DNA of 50,096 nucleotides from a virus (IMGVR_UViG_3300028396_000011:1-50096), one strand, 5' to 3'; positions 34,682 to 44,842 are shown, counted from the stretch's first letter. Notes: generated by a model from the sequence alone, not told the origin. Numbers and translations: made by a program.

Positions 34682-34908
34682 GTGACAAACCTACAACAAC
34701 CTTAACTTTCGAGGATAAAGAATATAATATTTCTGATTTATCCGAGAGGGCGCAGGTTCTTGTGGGCTTTGTTCGTGAGGTGCGTGAAGAAAGTTCCGTG
34801 CTACAGAAAAGACTTACGGTGTTACAGGCAGCGCAAGTAACTTTCTCTAAGGAATTGGAGGAAATACTTACTGCTCCTGAACAAGAAAGTCTTGATGGTA
34901 TCGACTAA
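34678..34908 (+). CDS. Small coiled-coil protein
   Basis: TTGA overlap; KEYNISDLSE motif. Confidence 0.7.
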   Translation: MSDKPTTTLTFEDKEYNISDLSERAQVLVGFVREVREESSVLQKRLTVLQAAQVTFSKELEEILTAPEQESLDGID

Positions 34909-34910
34909 CC

Positions 34911-34935
34911 AAGGGGCTTCGGCCCCTTTCTTTTT
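34911..34935 (+). terminator. Intrinsic terminator-like hairpin
   Basis: AAGGGGC-TTCG-GCCCCTT followed by TCTTTTT. Confidence 0.8.
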
Positions 34936-34947
34936 GGAGGTTGTACT

Positions 34948-36618
34948 TTGGCGTTTGTTAAATTTCATTTGCCTTGTAATAAATGTGGCGGTAGTGATCC
35001 TGTATCTGTAGATGCCGAGGGTAATGGCTACTGCTTTAGTTGTAATACATATCTAAAAAACTATGAAGGAGGTGATACTATCACTGCCCCTGTGTCGGAC
35101 TTCAAAACTTATAAGCGTAATTCAATGAACTACAGTGACGGGTCTTTCAACGCACTGGCCGACCGTTCAATCTCTCTGGAGACTGCAAAAAAATATGGCG
35201 TTAAATCTGTCCTTAACTCAAATCAAAAAGTAATCAACCATTTCTATCCTTACTACAACGGGAATGAAATGGGTGGTGCCAAGATGCGTGACGTACAAAG
35301 CAAAGACTTTGCTTGGGAGGGATCACCTAAAAATACTGGGCTATTCGGACAACAACTCTTTCAAGCTGGAGGCAAGTTTGTTACTCTTGTTGAGGGGGAG
35401 TGCGATGCAATGGCTGCCTATGAACTATTAGGTTCTAAATGGCCTGTGGTGTCTGTGAAGAATGGTGCTGGAGGAGCCGTCAAAGATGTCAAAGAAAGCT
35501 TAGAATTTTTAGAATCTTTTGACTGTGTAGTTATTAATTTTGATAACGACAAAGTCGGACGCGAGGCTGCTAAAAAAGTAGCACGTATACTGCGCCCCGG
35601 TAAAAGTAAAATACTTACTCTACCAGAAGAGTTTAAAGATCCTAATGATATGCTTCGGCAAAACAATAGGCAAGCTTATGTGACATCTTGGTGGGCAGCT
35701 AGGTTGTATACACCTTCGGGCATTATCAATGTCTCTGATATGGACGATAGTTATTTCTCTAGGGAAAAACAAGAGTCTGTACCTTACCCTTGGGATGGCC
35801 TTAATGAAAAGCTTTATGGTATGAGGCAGGGCGAGTTAGTCACTTTAACTGGAGGTACGGGCCTCGGAAAGTCTTCTATCACCAGAGAAATCGAACACTT
35901 CCTTATCAAGAATACTAAAGATCGTGTAGGTATTCTAGCCTTGGAAGAAAACAAAAATCGTACCGTTGATGGTATTGTTTCTATCGAAGCTAACGCTAAA
36001 CTTTACATCAACCAAATACGTGAAGAGTTCCCTGAAGAGGATTGGCGCAAGCATCATGCTGCCTTATTCAAAGGTGAAGCTAAGGATAGACTGTGGATTT
36101 ACTCGCACCTAGGTCAGCACGACATCGAAGAAATATTTTCTAAGCTACGGTACTTGACTATAGGTTGTGATTGTAAATGGATTGTAGTAGACCACCTGCA
36201 CATGCTCGTATCTTCTATGGCTGATGGCGATGAACGTCGGGCTATTGATAGCATCATGACTCGACTAAGATCTTTAGTTGAGGAGACAGGGGCGGGTATG
36301 ATTCTTGTATCTCACCTGCGTCGTGTAGAAGGTAACAAGGGACATGAGCAGGGCGTTACAGTAGGTTTGTCGCACCTTAGAGGAAGTCAATCCATAGCGC
36401 AGCTTAGCGATTGCGTTATTGCTTTGGAGCGCAACCAACAAAGTGACGATCCGCAAGAGGCTAACACCACACATCTCCGTGTCCTTAAATCTAGATACAC
36501 TGGGGATGTAGGTATGGCGGCACACTTGTTGTATGATAACGACACAGGAAGACTCAAAGAATTATTTGATGAGCAGCCTGACGAATTCTTTAACGAAGAG
36601 GATAACATACCATTTTAA
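34948..36618 (+). CDS. T7 gp4-like DNA primase-helicase
   Basis: Zn finger CxxC...CxxC, TOPRIM EGECD/FDND, Walker A GGTGLGKS, VVDHL, LRGSQSIAQLSD. Confidence 0.96.
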   Translation: MAFVKFHLPCNKCGGSDPVSVDAEGNGYCFSCNTYLKNYEGGDTITAPVSDFKTYKRNSMNYSDGSFNALADRSISLETAKKYGVKSVLNSNQKVINHFYPYYNGNEMGGAKMRDVQSKDFAWEGSPKNTGLFGQQLFQAGGKFVTLVEGECDAMAAYELLGSKWPVVSVKNGAGGAVKDVKESLEFLESFDCVVINFDNDKVGREAAKKVARILRPGKSKILTLPEEFKDPNDMLRQNNRQAYVTSWWAARLYTPSGIINVSDMDDSYFSREKQESVPYPWDGLNEKLYGMRQGELVTLTGGTGLGKSSITREIEHFLIKNTKDRVGILALEENKNRTVDGIVSIEANAKLYINQIREEFPEEDWRKHHAALFKGEAKDRLWIYSHLGQHDIEEIFSKLRYLTIGCDCKWIVVDHLHMLVSSMADGDERRAIDSIMTRLRSLVEETGAGMILVSHLRRVEGNKGHEQGVTVGLSHLRGSQSIAQLSDCVIALERNQQSDDPQEANTTHLRVLKSRYTGDVGMAAHLLYDNDTGRLKELFDEQPDEFFNEEDNIPF

Positions 36619-38360
36619 ATTTAGTATTTGATATTGAAACAGATGGTCTAGATTATACAAAAGCATGGTGTATTGTTGCTTATGATGTGGATACTCAAAA
36701 AGTACACACTTTTGATCCTAATAATCTAGAAGAAGGGGTAGCTTTTTTGGCTACCGCCGACAAACTAATTGGACATAACATTATAGGTTTCGATGTTCCA
36801 GCAATAAAAAAACTTTATGGCGTAGACCTGTCAGAAAATTGTATTCTTAGAGATACATTAATTCTTTCTCGTCTTCTTAATCCTACTCGTGAGGGTAGCC
36901 ACAGCTTAAAGTCTTGGGGCTTTAGGGTTGGGCATAGGAAAACAGAGCATGTAGAATTTGATGAATACTCACTTGAAATGCTGAAGTATTGTATCAATGA
37001 CGTACTGGTAAATGCTAAGGTTTACGAGCATCTTAAAAGAGAAAGTAAAGGCTTCTCTGCTTTGTCAGTTGAAATAGAGCATGAGGCTTACAAATTAATA
37101 GATGATCAAAGAAATAAAGGTATACTTCTAGATAGAAAATATGCCATGACTTTGGAGGCTAAGTTTGAAGAAGAACTTGAAGATGTCAAGCGTGAAGTGC
37201 ATAAAGTATTTAAACCTAAAAAAGAAATCTTTACTCTTCGTATAGCTTACAATGCAGATGGGGCTGTATCTAAATTTGCTAAGTGTCGGGAGTTAAACAA
37301 AAGAGTAAGGCTATCCGATGACGAATATGCTGAAATATGTGATAACAAAAAGCTTAAAAGAGTTATGTCACATCCCTTCAATCTTGGATCAAGAAAACAA
37401 ATAGGTGAGTATTTACAAGAGTTTGGATGGAAACCTAAAAAGTTTACACCGACAGGGCAACCTATCGTGAATGAAAGTGTACTAAATAAAATAAAAAACA
37501 TACCTCAAGCACAATTGATTTCAAGATACTTAATGTTACAAAAGCGTTTAGCTTCTATAACTTCGTGGTTAAAAGAGTGTGACGAAGACTCTAGGGTTCG
37601 AGGATATATAAATTCTAACGGTACTATTACAGGACGTATGACACACAACAGCCCTAATATGGCCCAAGTTCCTAGCTTATCTTCTGAATATGGCAAGGAG
37701 TGTCGGTCTTGTTGGACTGTTCCCGAAGGTTACAAGCTTGTTGGTATTGATGCTAGTGGCCTTGAGTTGCGAATGCTTGCACACTATATGGACAATCAGG
37801 AGTATACAAATGAAATCATTAATGGAGATGTCCACACAGCTAACCAAAAGCTTGCAGGACTTGAATCTAGAAATCAGGCAAAAACATTTATATATGCCCT
37901 CTTATACGGAGCAGGAGATCCTAAACTTGGAAGTGTGGCTGGGGGAGGTAGGGACGTTGGTGCAAAACTTAGAAAATCTTTCTTCGATAATTTACCATCA
38001 TTCAAAGCTCTTAAAGATAAAGTTAGCAGAGCATCCAAGAAAGGATACATAAAAGGTATTGATGGTCGAAAGCTTATTGTTCGCAGCGAACACTCAGCTT
38101 TAAATACATTACTACAAAGTGCCGGTGCCATTGTCATGAAAAAAGCTTTAATTATTTTTTCAGACAAAATAAAACATTTGGATGCTTCTGTTGTTGCTAA
38201 TGTCCATGACGAATGGCAAGTCGAAGCAGAAGAAACTATAGCTGATACTGTGGGAAACTTAGGTATTGATGCTATAATAGAAGCCGGTGTACAATTAGGG
38301 CTTAACTGCCCGCTAGATGGAGATTATAATGTCGGAAGCAACTGGTCAGAAACACACTAG
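36612..38360 (+). CDS. polA: Family A DNA polymerase (3'-5' exonuclease plus polymerase), non-canonical start
   Basis: ExoI FDIETDG (36627-36647, upstream of the track start), GHNIIGFD, motif A DASGLELR, motif B AKTFIYALLYG, motif C VHDE. Confidence 0.95.
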   Translation: MLNLVFDIETDGLDYTKAWCIVAYDVDTQKVHTFDPNNLEEGVAFLATADKLIGHNIIGFDVPAIKKLYGVDLSENCILRDTLILSRLLNPTREGSHSLKSWGFRVGHRKTEHVEFDEYSLEMLKYCINDVLVNAKVYEHLKRESKGFSALSVEIEHEAYKLIDDQRNKGILLDRKYAMTLEAKFEEELEDVKREVHKVFKPKKEIFTLRIAYNADGAVSKFAKCRELNKRVRLSDDEYAEICDNKKLKRVMSHPFNLGSRKQIGEYLQEFGWKPKKFTPTGQPIVNESVLNKIKNIPQAQLISRYLMLQKRLASITSWLKECDEDSRVRGYINSNGTITGRMTHNSPNMAQVPSLSSEYGKECRSCWTVPEGYKLVGIDASGLELRMLAHYMDNQEYTNEIINGDVHTANQKLAGLESRNQAKTFIYALLYGAGDPKLGSVAGGGRDVGAKLRKSFFDNLPSFKALKDKVSRASKKGYIKGIDGRKLIVRSEHSALNTLLQSAGAIVMKKALIIFSDKIKHLDASVVANVHDEWQVEAEETIADTVGNLGIDAIIEAGVQLGLNCPLDGDYNVGSNWSETH

Positions 38361-38898
38361 AACAGGTAAGCATGTCTTTGAAGATGGAGATTGGTGGTAT
38401 TACTATCCAGAAGATGGCTCTAGTATTCATACTGGGGGACACATTCGTGAAAGAAGTTCTGTTAAAGAAAAAAGAAATTGTAATAGAATGTGGGTAGATG
38501 GTAATTATATATCACAAAACCATCCTTTACATAAGCCGGGGCGATACAAAGGTTTTACTGACGCGGCCTTTAGTTCCTTAGAAAACTATGAAAAATCTAA
38601 AGAAGGTGAAGTGTATATTATATACAACCCTTCTTTTCCGGGGTGGGTTAAGGTCGGCATGGCTGTCGATTCTAATGACAGATTAAAGCAGTACCAAACA
38701 TCGTCACCCTTTAGAAATTATGTCATTATAAAATCTTATAAAGTTTCTGACAGACGCGAGGCTGAGATCAAGGCACACAATGCGCTTACCCTAGAGGGTC
38801 GTGGGCGCAAAGGAGAATGGTTTTATATGGGATCTACTGTAGCTGTTGATGAACTTGATAAGTTATTTTATGAAGGAGGCCAGCTTGAACTCTTCTAA
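38329..38898 (+). CDS. GIY-YIG-like (T5orf172-type) domain protein
   Basis: GEVYII.NP.FPGWVKVG...RLKQYQT..P, GEWF; ATG 38329 follows GGAGA. Confidence 0.75.
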   Translation: MSEATGQKHTRTGKHVFEDGDWWYYYPEDGSSIHTGGHIRERSSVKEKRNCNRMWVDGNYISQNHPLHKPGRYKGFTDAAFSSLENYEKSKEGEVYIIYNPSFPGWVKVGMAVDSNDRLKQYQTSSPFRNYVIIKSYKVSDRREAEIKAHNALTLEGRGRKGEWFYMGSTVAVDELDKLFYEGGQLELF

Positions 38899-39754
38899 AA
38901 ATCTAGACACTTTAGTAGAAGACATATACTCTACCCTCGACGTACTATCCGAAGGTAAAGATATTGATCTTACTGATGATATAATATATAACTTTGGTGA
39001 AAACATGAAGTCTGCTTTGGTACACTGGGCTACCCCTAGGACACAAACAAAGGGGCTGCGTATGAGCAACGTAGGGAAACCTTCAAGGCAGCTTTGGTAT
39101 GATATTAATAATAGTAATCATGTACAAAAACATTCAGCTTCCACGCAGATTAAATTTCTTTACGGACATATTCTAGAGGAATTACTTCTTATGCTTGTGC
39201 GCTTGTCTGGGCATACAGTAACTGATGAGCAAAAAGAAGTTGTAGTGGAGGGGATTACAGGCCACATGGACTGTAAAATTGATGGTGAAGTAGTTGATGT
39301 GAAGACTGCTTCTGGGTTTGCATTCAAAAAGTTTTCTCAAGGAACTTTAGCGGAACAAGATGACTTCGGATACATGGCGCAGTTAGCAGGATACGAGGCA
39401 CATGAGGGGACAGAATCAGGCGGCTTTCTTGTGATCAACAAAGAAAACGGAGAGTTGTGTTTGTTCCGCCCCGATGATATGGATAAGCCTTCTATAAAAA
39501 GTAAAATAAAAAACTTAAAGAAGGCTATAAAGCTTGACTCCCCTCCAGAAAAATGCTATAATCCTATACCCGAAGGAGTGAAAGGTAATGAAAAGTTACC
39601 ACGCTCCTGCGTGTTTTGTCCCCATAAATTTAATTGCTGGGCAGACAGTAATGATGGTGAGGGGCTTAGAGTATTTGAATACTCTAAAGGTCTGACGTAT
39701 TTCACCAAAGTTGTTAACGCCCCTAGAGTTAAGGAAATTATAGTTGAACAGTAA
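38846..39754 (+). CDS. PD-(D/E)XK Cas4-like exonuclease (start probably TTG 38885)
   Basis: GHMD...VVDVKT, QLAGY, C-terminal CVFC....C. Confidence 0.8.
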   Translation: MMNLISYFMKEASLNSSKNLDTLVEDIYSTLDVLSEGKDIDLTDDIIYNFGENMKSALVHWATPRTQTKGLRMSNVGKPSRQLWYDINNSNHVQKHSASTQIKFLYGHILEELLLMLVRLSGHTVTDEQKEVVVEGITGHMDCKIDGEVVDVKTASGFAFKKFSQGTLAEQDDFGYMAQLAGYEAHEGTESGGFLVINKENGELCLFRPDDMDKPSIKSKIKNLKKAIKLDSPPEKCYNPIPEGVKGNEKLPRSCVFCPHKFNCWADSNDGEGLRVFEYSKGLTYFTKVVNAPRVKEIIVEQ

Positions 39755-40040
39755 AACTATGAAGTTGATCCGTAAAAAAAGTCTAGATATTCTAACTGAT
39801 TGGATGCACACTTTAGTTCCCGAAGAAGATCAAAATAAAATTACGCCCGCTAACGTAGAAAATTTCTTGTCCCAACAGGAGTATATCTACAACAATAAAA
39901 CATTATATAAAAGTATATACACCCGATCTTGGGTTGTGTCCGTGCTCAAAAAAATGATAAAGGATGGACACACTTTAAAAAATATAGATTATACAATGTT
40001 TAATAACAGCTATAGGAAGTACATCTATGGCAAAAATTAA
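39744..40040 (+). CDS. Hypothetical protein
   Basis: Coupled ORF; MNSK.MK.IR N-terminus. Confidence 0.65.
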   Translation: MNSKTMKLIRKKSLDILTDWMHTLVPEEDQNKITPANVENFLSQQEYIYNNKTLYKSIYTRSWVVSVLKKMIKDGHTLKNIDYTMFNNSYRKYIYGKN

Positions 40041-40539
40041 ATCAGGCGCTAGGAAAAGGCGGGTGCCTCGTCCTAAAAAACTTATAAAGCCTGACGGTAA
40101 TAAGTATGATTCCATATGGGAGGCGCTTCTTCATGAATCAATCTTAAAAGATTGGAAGCATCATGTCGATAAAGTACCTTATGTGATTGAACATAAATAT
40201 GAGCCAGACTTTGTTCGCCATATCGAAGGTAAAAAAATTCTTTTAGAATCTAAAGGTAGGTTCTGGGACTTCCAAGAATATAATAAATATATCTGGGTAA
40301 GAAAAAAATTACCCAAAGATACTGAATTGGTATTCTTGTTTGCGAATCCCGATGCCCCTATGCCGGGAGCCAAGCGTCGTAAAGATGGCACTAAAAGATC
40401 TCATGGCGAGTGGGCGTGGGCTAATGACTTTAGGTGGTTTAGTGAAGACACAATCCCCGACAGTTGGATTGATGTTAAAGCTAAAGAATCTGAAGAATTT
40501 AAAAAACGAAATGATAAACTAACTGTGGAGATGCAATGA
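40027..40539 (+). CDS. T7 endonuclease I-like Holliday junction resolvase
   Basis: YDS.WE, YEPDF, LESKGRF motifs. Confidence 0.8.
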   Translation: MAKIKSGARKRRVPRPKKLIKPDGNKYDSIWEALLHESILKDWKHHVDKVPYVIEHKYEPDFVRHIEGKKILLESKGRFWDFQEYNKYIWVRKKLPKDTELVFLFANPDAPMPGAKRRKDGTKRSHGEWAWANDFRWFSEDTIPDSWIDVKAKESEEFKKRNDKLTVEMQ

Positions 40540-40934
40540 GCATTGATAGTATAACACCGGAGGAATGGAACAGGATGAGTTTTAAAACTATTAAAGATGA
40601 AAGATCTAAAGTACCTACAGCAACGCCTGTAGCTGATACTTGGAATCATGTTTATGATGATGAACCTAACGATCATCCCCTATATGGAGATTATAAGTTT
40701 GATCCTGTACACAAGCCAGAGCATTACAACAATGGTGGTATGGAATGTATTGATGCTATCCAAGGTATGCTTACACACGATGAGTACATAGGCTACCTAA
40801 GAGGTAACGTCCTTAAATATCAGTGGCGCTTTAGATACAAAAAGAAACCTATTGAAGATCTTCGCAAGGCCCGTTGGTACGAAGAGCGTTTGATTAACTA
40901 CATGCTGGAGAATCCGGGTGACAAGTTGGGATAG
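40536..40934 (+). CDS. DUF3310 (T7 gp1.7-like) protein
   Basis: V.KPEHY..GGMECIDAI...GNVLKY.WR..K....EDL.KA.WY. Confidence 0.88.
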   Translation: MSIDSITPEEWNRMSFKTIKDERSKVPTATPVADTWNHVYDDEPNDHPLYGDYKFDPVHKPEHYNNGGMECIDAIQGMLTHDEYIGYLRGNVLKYQWRFRYKKKPIEDLRKARWYEERLINYMLENPGDKLG

Positions 40935-41085
40935 AAAAGCAGAGAGAGTTGAAAGGTTTCAGAAGAAAAAGAAATCTAAAAGTAAATCAAGAACCAAGGG
41001 CTACAGGCAAGCCCAGTTAAAAGAAAAGGATGATTTGGATGACATCAAAGATTGGCATACAGGATTATTTAGGGATTCAGATTGA
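40918..41085 (+). CDS. Small basic protein (55 aa; not in ORF track)
   Basis: SD GGAG plus GTG; MTSWDRKAERVERFQKKKK...; fills the gap before nrdA. Confidence 0.55.
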   Translation: MTSWDRKAERVERFQKKKKSKSKSRTKGYRQAQLKEKDDLDDIKDWHTGLFRDSD

Positions 41086-42922
41086 CTATGATCGTGAAGA
41101 AACACTTAATAATTTTTCTTTAGAAACTTTGAAGGATCGTTACTTCTGGGGAGATGAGACACATGCACAAGAAGCCTTCGCCAGAGCGTCCGTCTATGGT
41201 GCAACGTATCAAGGACATACTGACTACAATCTTGCACAGCGGCTTTATGACTACGCAAGTAAGGGCTGGTTCGGTTTTAGCACTCCTATTCTTAGTAACG
41301 GAGGAACCACTCGCGGCTTACCTATTAGCTGTTTTCTCAATTATGTTCCTGATTCAAGGCGTGGGCTATCTGATCACTATGATGAGAACATATGGCTTGC
41401 AAGTGGAGGTGGAGGCTTGGGTGGATATTGGGGTGCTGTTAGAAGTAATGGCGTTTCAACTGCTAACGGTAGTCAGTCTACTGGTAGCATACCTTTCATG
41501 CATGTCGTAGACAGTCAAATGCTTGCCTTCAACCAAGGCGTAACACGGAGAGGATCTTATGCAGCGTATATGGACATCAGCCATCCAGAAGTGGAAGAGT
41601 TTATCGCTATGCGAAAGACTACTGGGGGCGATCTTAATCGTAAGTGCCTTAACCTTCACAATGGAATTACAATCACAGACGAATTCTTGGCCGCCGTCAT
41701 GTCTGATGATCAGTGGAGGCTGATTGACCCTAAGTCCAAGCAGGCTATCAAGACTGTATCTGCTAGGGACTTGTGGTGGCAGCTAGTACACACTAGAGCA
41801 GAGACAGGTGAGCCATATATTGTTAACCTAGACCGTTGCAATGAGGCTCTACCACAGCCGCAGAAGGACATGGGGTTGGAGGTACGTCAGAGTAACCTAT
41901 GCTCTGAGATCACACTGCCAACCAGTGAAGACCGTACAGCAGTGTGCTGCTTGTCCAGTGTTAACCTAGAATACTTTGATGAGTGGAAGGACGATGAACT
42001 GTTTATCTTTGACATGATTAACATGCTGGATAACATCATTGAACACTTCATTGACAACGCTATGCTAGACACAGGCATGAACGTGTCAGCAGACAGCATA
42101 GAGGAGTTTATGTCTTATGTTAGAGAAGATAAAAAAGGTTTTGCAAAAGCCGCTTATAGCGCATATAGAGAACGTGCGGTTGGTCTTGGAGCAATGGGTT
42201 TTCATAGTTACCTTCAACGTAATGGAATCCCTTTTGAGGGAATGTACGCCTCCAGCTTCAACAATAGAGCGTTTAAAACAATCAAAGAAAGATCTGAGAT
42301 GGCTTCCAGAAGTCTGGCTAGAAAGCGTGGGGAGGCTCCTGACATGGCTGGTAGTGGCCGTCGTAATTCCCATCTGCTTGCTATTGCCCCTAATGCTAGT
42401 TCTAGTATTATATGTGGCGGAACAAGTCCTTCTATTGAGCCTACAAGGGCTAACGTATTTACGCACAAAACTTTAACAGGCTCGTTTAAAGTCAAAAACA
42501 AATACTTGGAGAAACTACTTGAAGAAAAAGGTGCCAACACCGATAAAACGTGGAAAGATATTGCTGCTGCTGAAGGCTCTGTTAAAGACTTACCGGAACT
42601 ATCGGAAGAAGAGAAAGAAGTTTTCAAGACAGCGCCTGAACTTAACCAGATTTGGGTTATCGAACACGCCTACCAAAGACAGAAGTACGTCTGCCAAGCA
42701 CAGTCAGTAAACTTATTCTTTGAGCCACCACCGGCTACAGCACCACAGGAGGTACACGATGAGTATCTGGAATATGTTAATCATGTACATTGGACGGGAG
42801 CTAACAAACTCAAATCTATGTATTACTTGCGAACTACAGCGGCTAGAAATACAGAGAATGTTAACATCAAGATCCCCAGAATCAACCTTGAAGACGGAGA
42901 ATGTTTAAGCTGTGAAGGATGA
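41039..42922 (+). CDS. nrdA: Ribonucleotide reductase class I alpha subunit
   Basis: STPILSN, ISCFL, SNLCSEI, AIAPNASSS, MYYLR, C-terminal CLSCEG. Confidence 0.96.
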   Translation: MTSKIGIQDYLGIQIDYDREETLNNFSLETLKDRYFWGDETHAQEAFARASVYGATYQGHTDYNLAQRLYDYASKGWFGFSTPILSNGGTTRGLPISCFLNYVPDSRRGLSDHYDENIWLASGGGGLGGYWGAVRSNGVSTANGSQSTGSIPFMHVVDSQMLAFNQGVTRRGSYAAYMDISHPEVEEFIAMRKTTGGDLNRKCLNLHNGITITDEFLAAVMSDDQWRLIDPKSKQAIKTVSARDLWWQLVHTRAETGEPYIVNLDRCNEALPQPQKDMGLEVRQSNLCSEITLPTSEDRTAVCCLSSVNLEYFDEWKDDELFIFDMINMLDNIIEHFIDNAMLDTGMNVSADSIEEFMSYVREDKKGFAKAAYSAYRERAVGLGAMGFHSYLQRNGIPFEGMYASSFNNRAFKTIKERSEMASRSLARKRGEAPDMAGSGRRNSHLLAIAPNASSSIICGGTSPSIEPTRANVFTHKTLTGSFKVKNKYLEKLLEEKGANTDKTWKDIAAAEGSVKDLPELSEEEKEVFKTAPELNQIWVIEHAYQRQKYVCQAQSVNLFFEPPPATAPQEVHDEYLEYVNHVHWTGANKLKSMYYLRTTAARNTENVNIKIPRINLEDGECLSCEG

Positions 42923-43172
42923 ACACCCCGCGTACAGAGCAAAATTCTACATACCTGAGCTAAAAAAGTACACTAATTGGTCTGACTATCTGGTATACTA
43001 TAAGGAACAGGATGACAAGATTATGTTGTTCAGCAACTACTGTATGCAGATGTGGTCTAGTTACATGAGCAACAAGATCAAAAAAGAGAAAGCACCCTTG
43101 AGCTACAAGGAATACCTTAACAAGTACAAACAATTACTGGAGGATGGATACAGTGATAGATACAAAAATTAG
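42912..43172 (+). CDS. Hypothetical protein
   Basis: Coupled ORF. Confidence 0.6.
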   Translation: MKDEHPAYRAKFYIPELKKYTNWSDYLVYYKEQDDKIMLFSNYCMQMWSSYMSNKIKKEKAPLSYKEYLNKYKQLLEDGYSDRYKN

Positions 43173-43356
43173 CGCCATGAAACGACTGTACAACGCCGAG
43201 ATAGATGTATACAAAGCGGAGGTGCAAAACTACTTAGACAACCCTGTAGCCGTAGGCGAGCACGGTAACTTGATTGAAACTATGGATACTTTAGTAGGTA
43301 AAATTGCTGAAGCAGAAGATAAACTTATTGTATTGGAGACACATTTTAGTGAGTAA
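43144..43356 (+). CDS. Hypothetical protein (YL.NPV.VGEH motif)
   Basis: Small two-helix motif common in marine phages. Confidence 0.7.
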   Translation: MDTVIDTKISAMKRLYNAEIDVYKAEVQNYLDNPVAVGEHGNLIETMDTLVGKIAEAEDKLIVLETHFSE

Positions 43357-43567
43357 TGTAATCAGCCTGCTGCCGGAAAACGCCACAGCTAACGAAGTGT
43401 TGGATGAGTGTAAAGATGAGTTTGAACAACTTCTTGTTATAGGTTGGACTGAAGAGGGTTTAATGAGTGCTAAATCTACAGCAGCTTTAGATGTAAAAGA
43501 AATTGTTTATATGGTCGAAGTTTTTAAATCTGTACTTATATCGTCGGGGCATGAAATAGATGAGTGA
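43349..43567 (+). CDS. Hypothetical protein
   Basis: SD GGAGA plus GTG 43349, in frame with track ORF 43304. Confidence 0.6.
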   Translation: MSNVISLLPENATANEVLDECKDEFEQLLVIGWTEEGLMSAKSTAALDVKEIVYMVEVFKSVLISSGHEIDE

Positions 43568-43865
43568 TGAACTAATACACATGATTAGCCTGTGGGCCAT
43601 GAACCGTGGTATAATTAACAACAGCACACCTCTTGCACAGTTTGCAAAGCTTGTGTCTGAGGTAGGAGAGTTAGGAGATAACGTAGCAAAGCAGCGTGAT
43701 ATAACTGATGACATCGGTGACTGCTTAGTAGTGTTAAACAACCTAGCCATAATGAATGACACTACCCTAGAGGAATGCCTGAAGGTAGCGTATGATGATA
43801 TTAAAGATCGCAAGGGACACATGAACAGTCATGGTGTCTTTATCAAAGAGGGAGATGCAGCTTGA
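43560..43865 (+). CDS. mazG: MazG-like NTP pyrophosphohydrolase
   Basis: WA..RGI...Q..KL.SEVGEL...DDIGD..VVL...AYD.IKDRKG. Confidence 0.88.
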   Translation: MSDELIHMISLWAMNRGIINNSTPLAQFAKLVSEVGELGDNVAKQRDITDDIGDCLVVLNNLAIMNDTTLEECLKVAYDDIKDRKGHMNSHGVFIKEGDAA

Positions 43866-44833
43866 GCTTATTAGATACTAGAGATTACTACAAACCGTTT
43901 GACCATCCTTGGATGTTTGACTACTACTCACAACAGAATCAGATGCACTGGTTCCCAGAGGATGTACCTCTGCACAATGACGTTAAAGATTGGCAGACAA
44001 TGACTGATGAAGAGAAGAACCTACTGACTCAGATCTTCCGTCTGTTTACACAGTCTGATGTAGACGTAGGTGCTGGGTACGTTGATAGATACATGCGTAT
44101 CTTCAAGAAGCCTGAAGCACGTATGATGATGTCTAGCTTCGCCAACATGGAGTCCATACACCAACATGCCTACAGCCTGCTACTGGACACCGTAGGGATG
44201 CCAGAGGTGGAGTATAAGGCGTTCTCAGAGTACGAAGCTATGGCTGACAAGCATGAGTACATCAACGCTGTAAAGGTCACTAAAGGAGACAAGAAGTCCA
44301 TTGCTAAGGCACTGGCTATCTACTCAGGTTTTACTGAAGGACTACAACTCTTTAGTAGCTTCATCATCCTGTTGAACTTCCCAAGGTTTGGTAAGATGAA
44401 GGGTATGGGACAGATCATTACCTACAGTATACGTGATGAGTCCATGCACGTAGAAGCAATGACAAAGCTATTCAGAGAGTTTATGCAGGAAAACATTGAC
44501 CTGTGGACTGATGACTTTAAGGCTGAGATCTATCAGGCATGTAGGGAGATGGTTGACCTAGAGGATAGGTTCTTGGACTTGGTGTTTGAGCAGGGTGATA
44601 TTCCCGGCTTGACTAAGAAGGAGATGCAACAGTACATCAGGTACATTGCTGACAGACGTTTACTACAGCTAGGCTTGAAACCTAACTATGAAGTAAAGGA
44701 CAACCCACTAAACTGGCTTGACGATGTGTTAGGTGTAGAGCATCAGAACTTCTTTGAAGGACGTGCAACTACCTACATGAAGGCTGGCTTACGTGGTAAT
44801 GTTGGCTCAGTTACTTTTAACAAAGTTACATAG
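43862..44833 (+). CDS. nrdB: Ribonucleotide reductase class I beta subunit
   Basis: FTQSD, ESIHQHAY, EGLQLFSSF, RDESMH, NFFE...Y. Confidence 0.96.
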   Translation: MSLLDTRDYYKPFDHPWMFDYYSQQNQMHWFPEDVPLHNDVKDWQTMTDEEKNLLTQIFRLFTQSDVDVGAGYVDRYMRIFKKPEARMMMSSFANMESIHQHAYSLLLDTVGMPEVEYKAFSEYEAMADKHEYINAVKVTKGDKKSIAKALAIYSGFTEGLQLFSSFIILLNFPRFGKMKGMGQIITYSIRDESMHVEAMTKLFREFMQENIDLWTDDFKAEIYQACREMVDLEDRFLDLVFEQGDIPGLTKKEMQQYIRYIADRRLLQLGLKPNYEVKDNPLNWLDDVLGVEHQNFFEGRATTYMKAGLRGNVGSVTFNKVT

Positions 44834-44842
44834 GAGCATACT

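Noticed and set aside
38846-39754. Cas4 as part of a CRISPR system
   Set aside because: A solo replication-module nuclease; no other cas genes or array.
31844-40740. xxGG sequences in early genes (PVLYKAGG, QQLFQAGG, PEHYNNGG) as copies of the tag
   Set aside because: They lack the Arg at the first position and lie inside folded domains.
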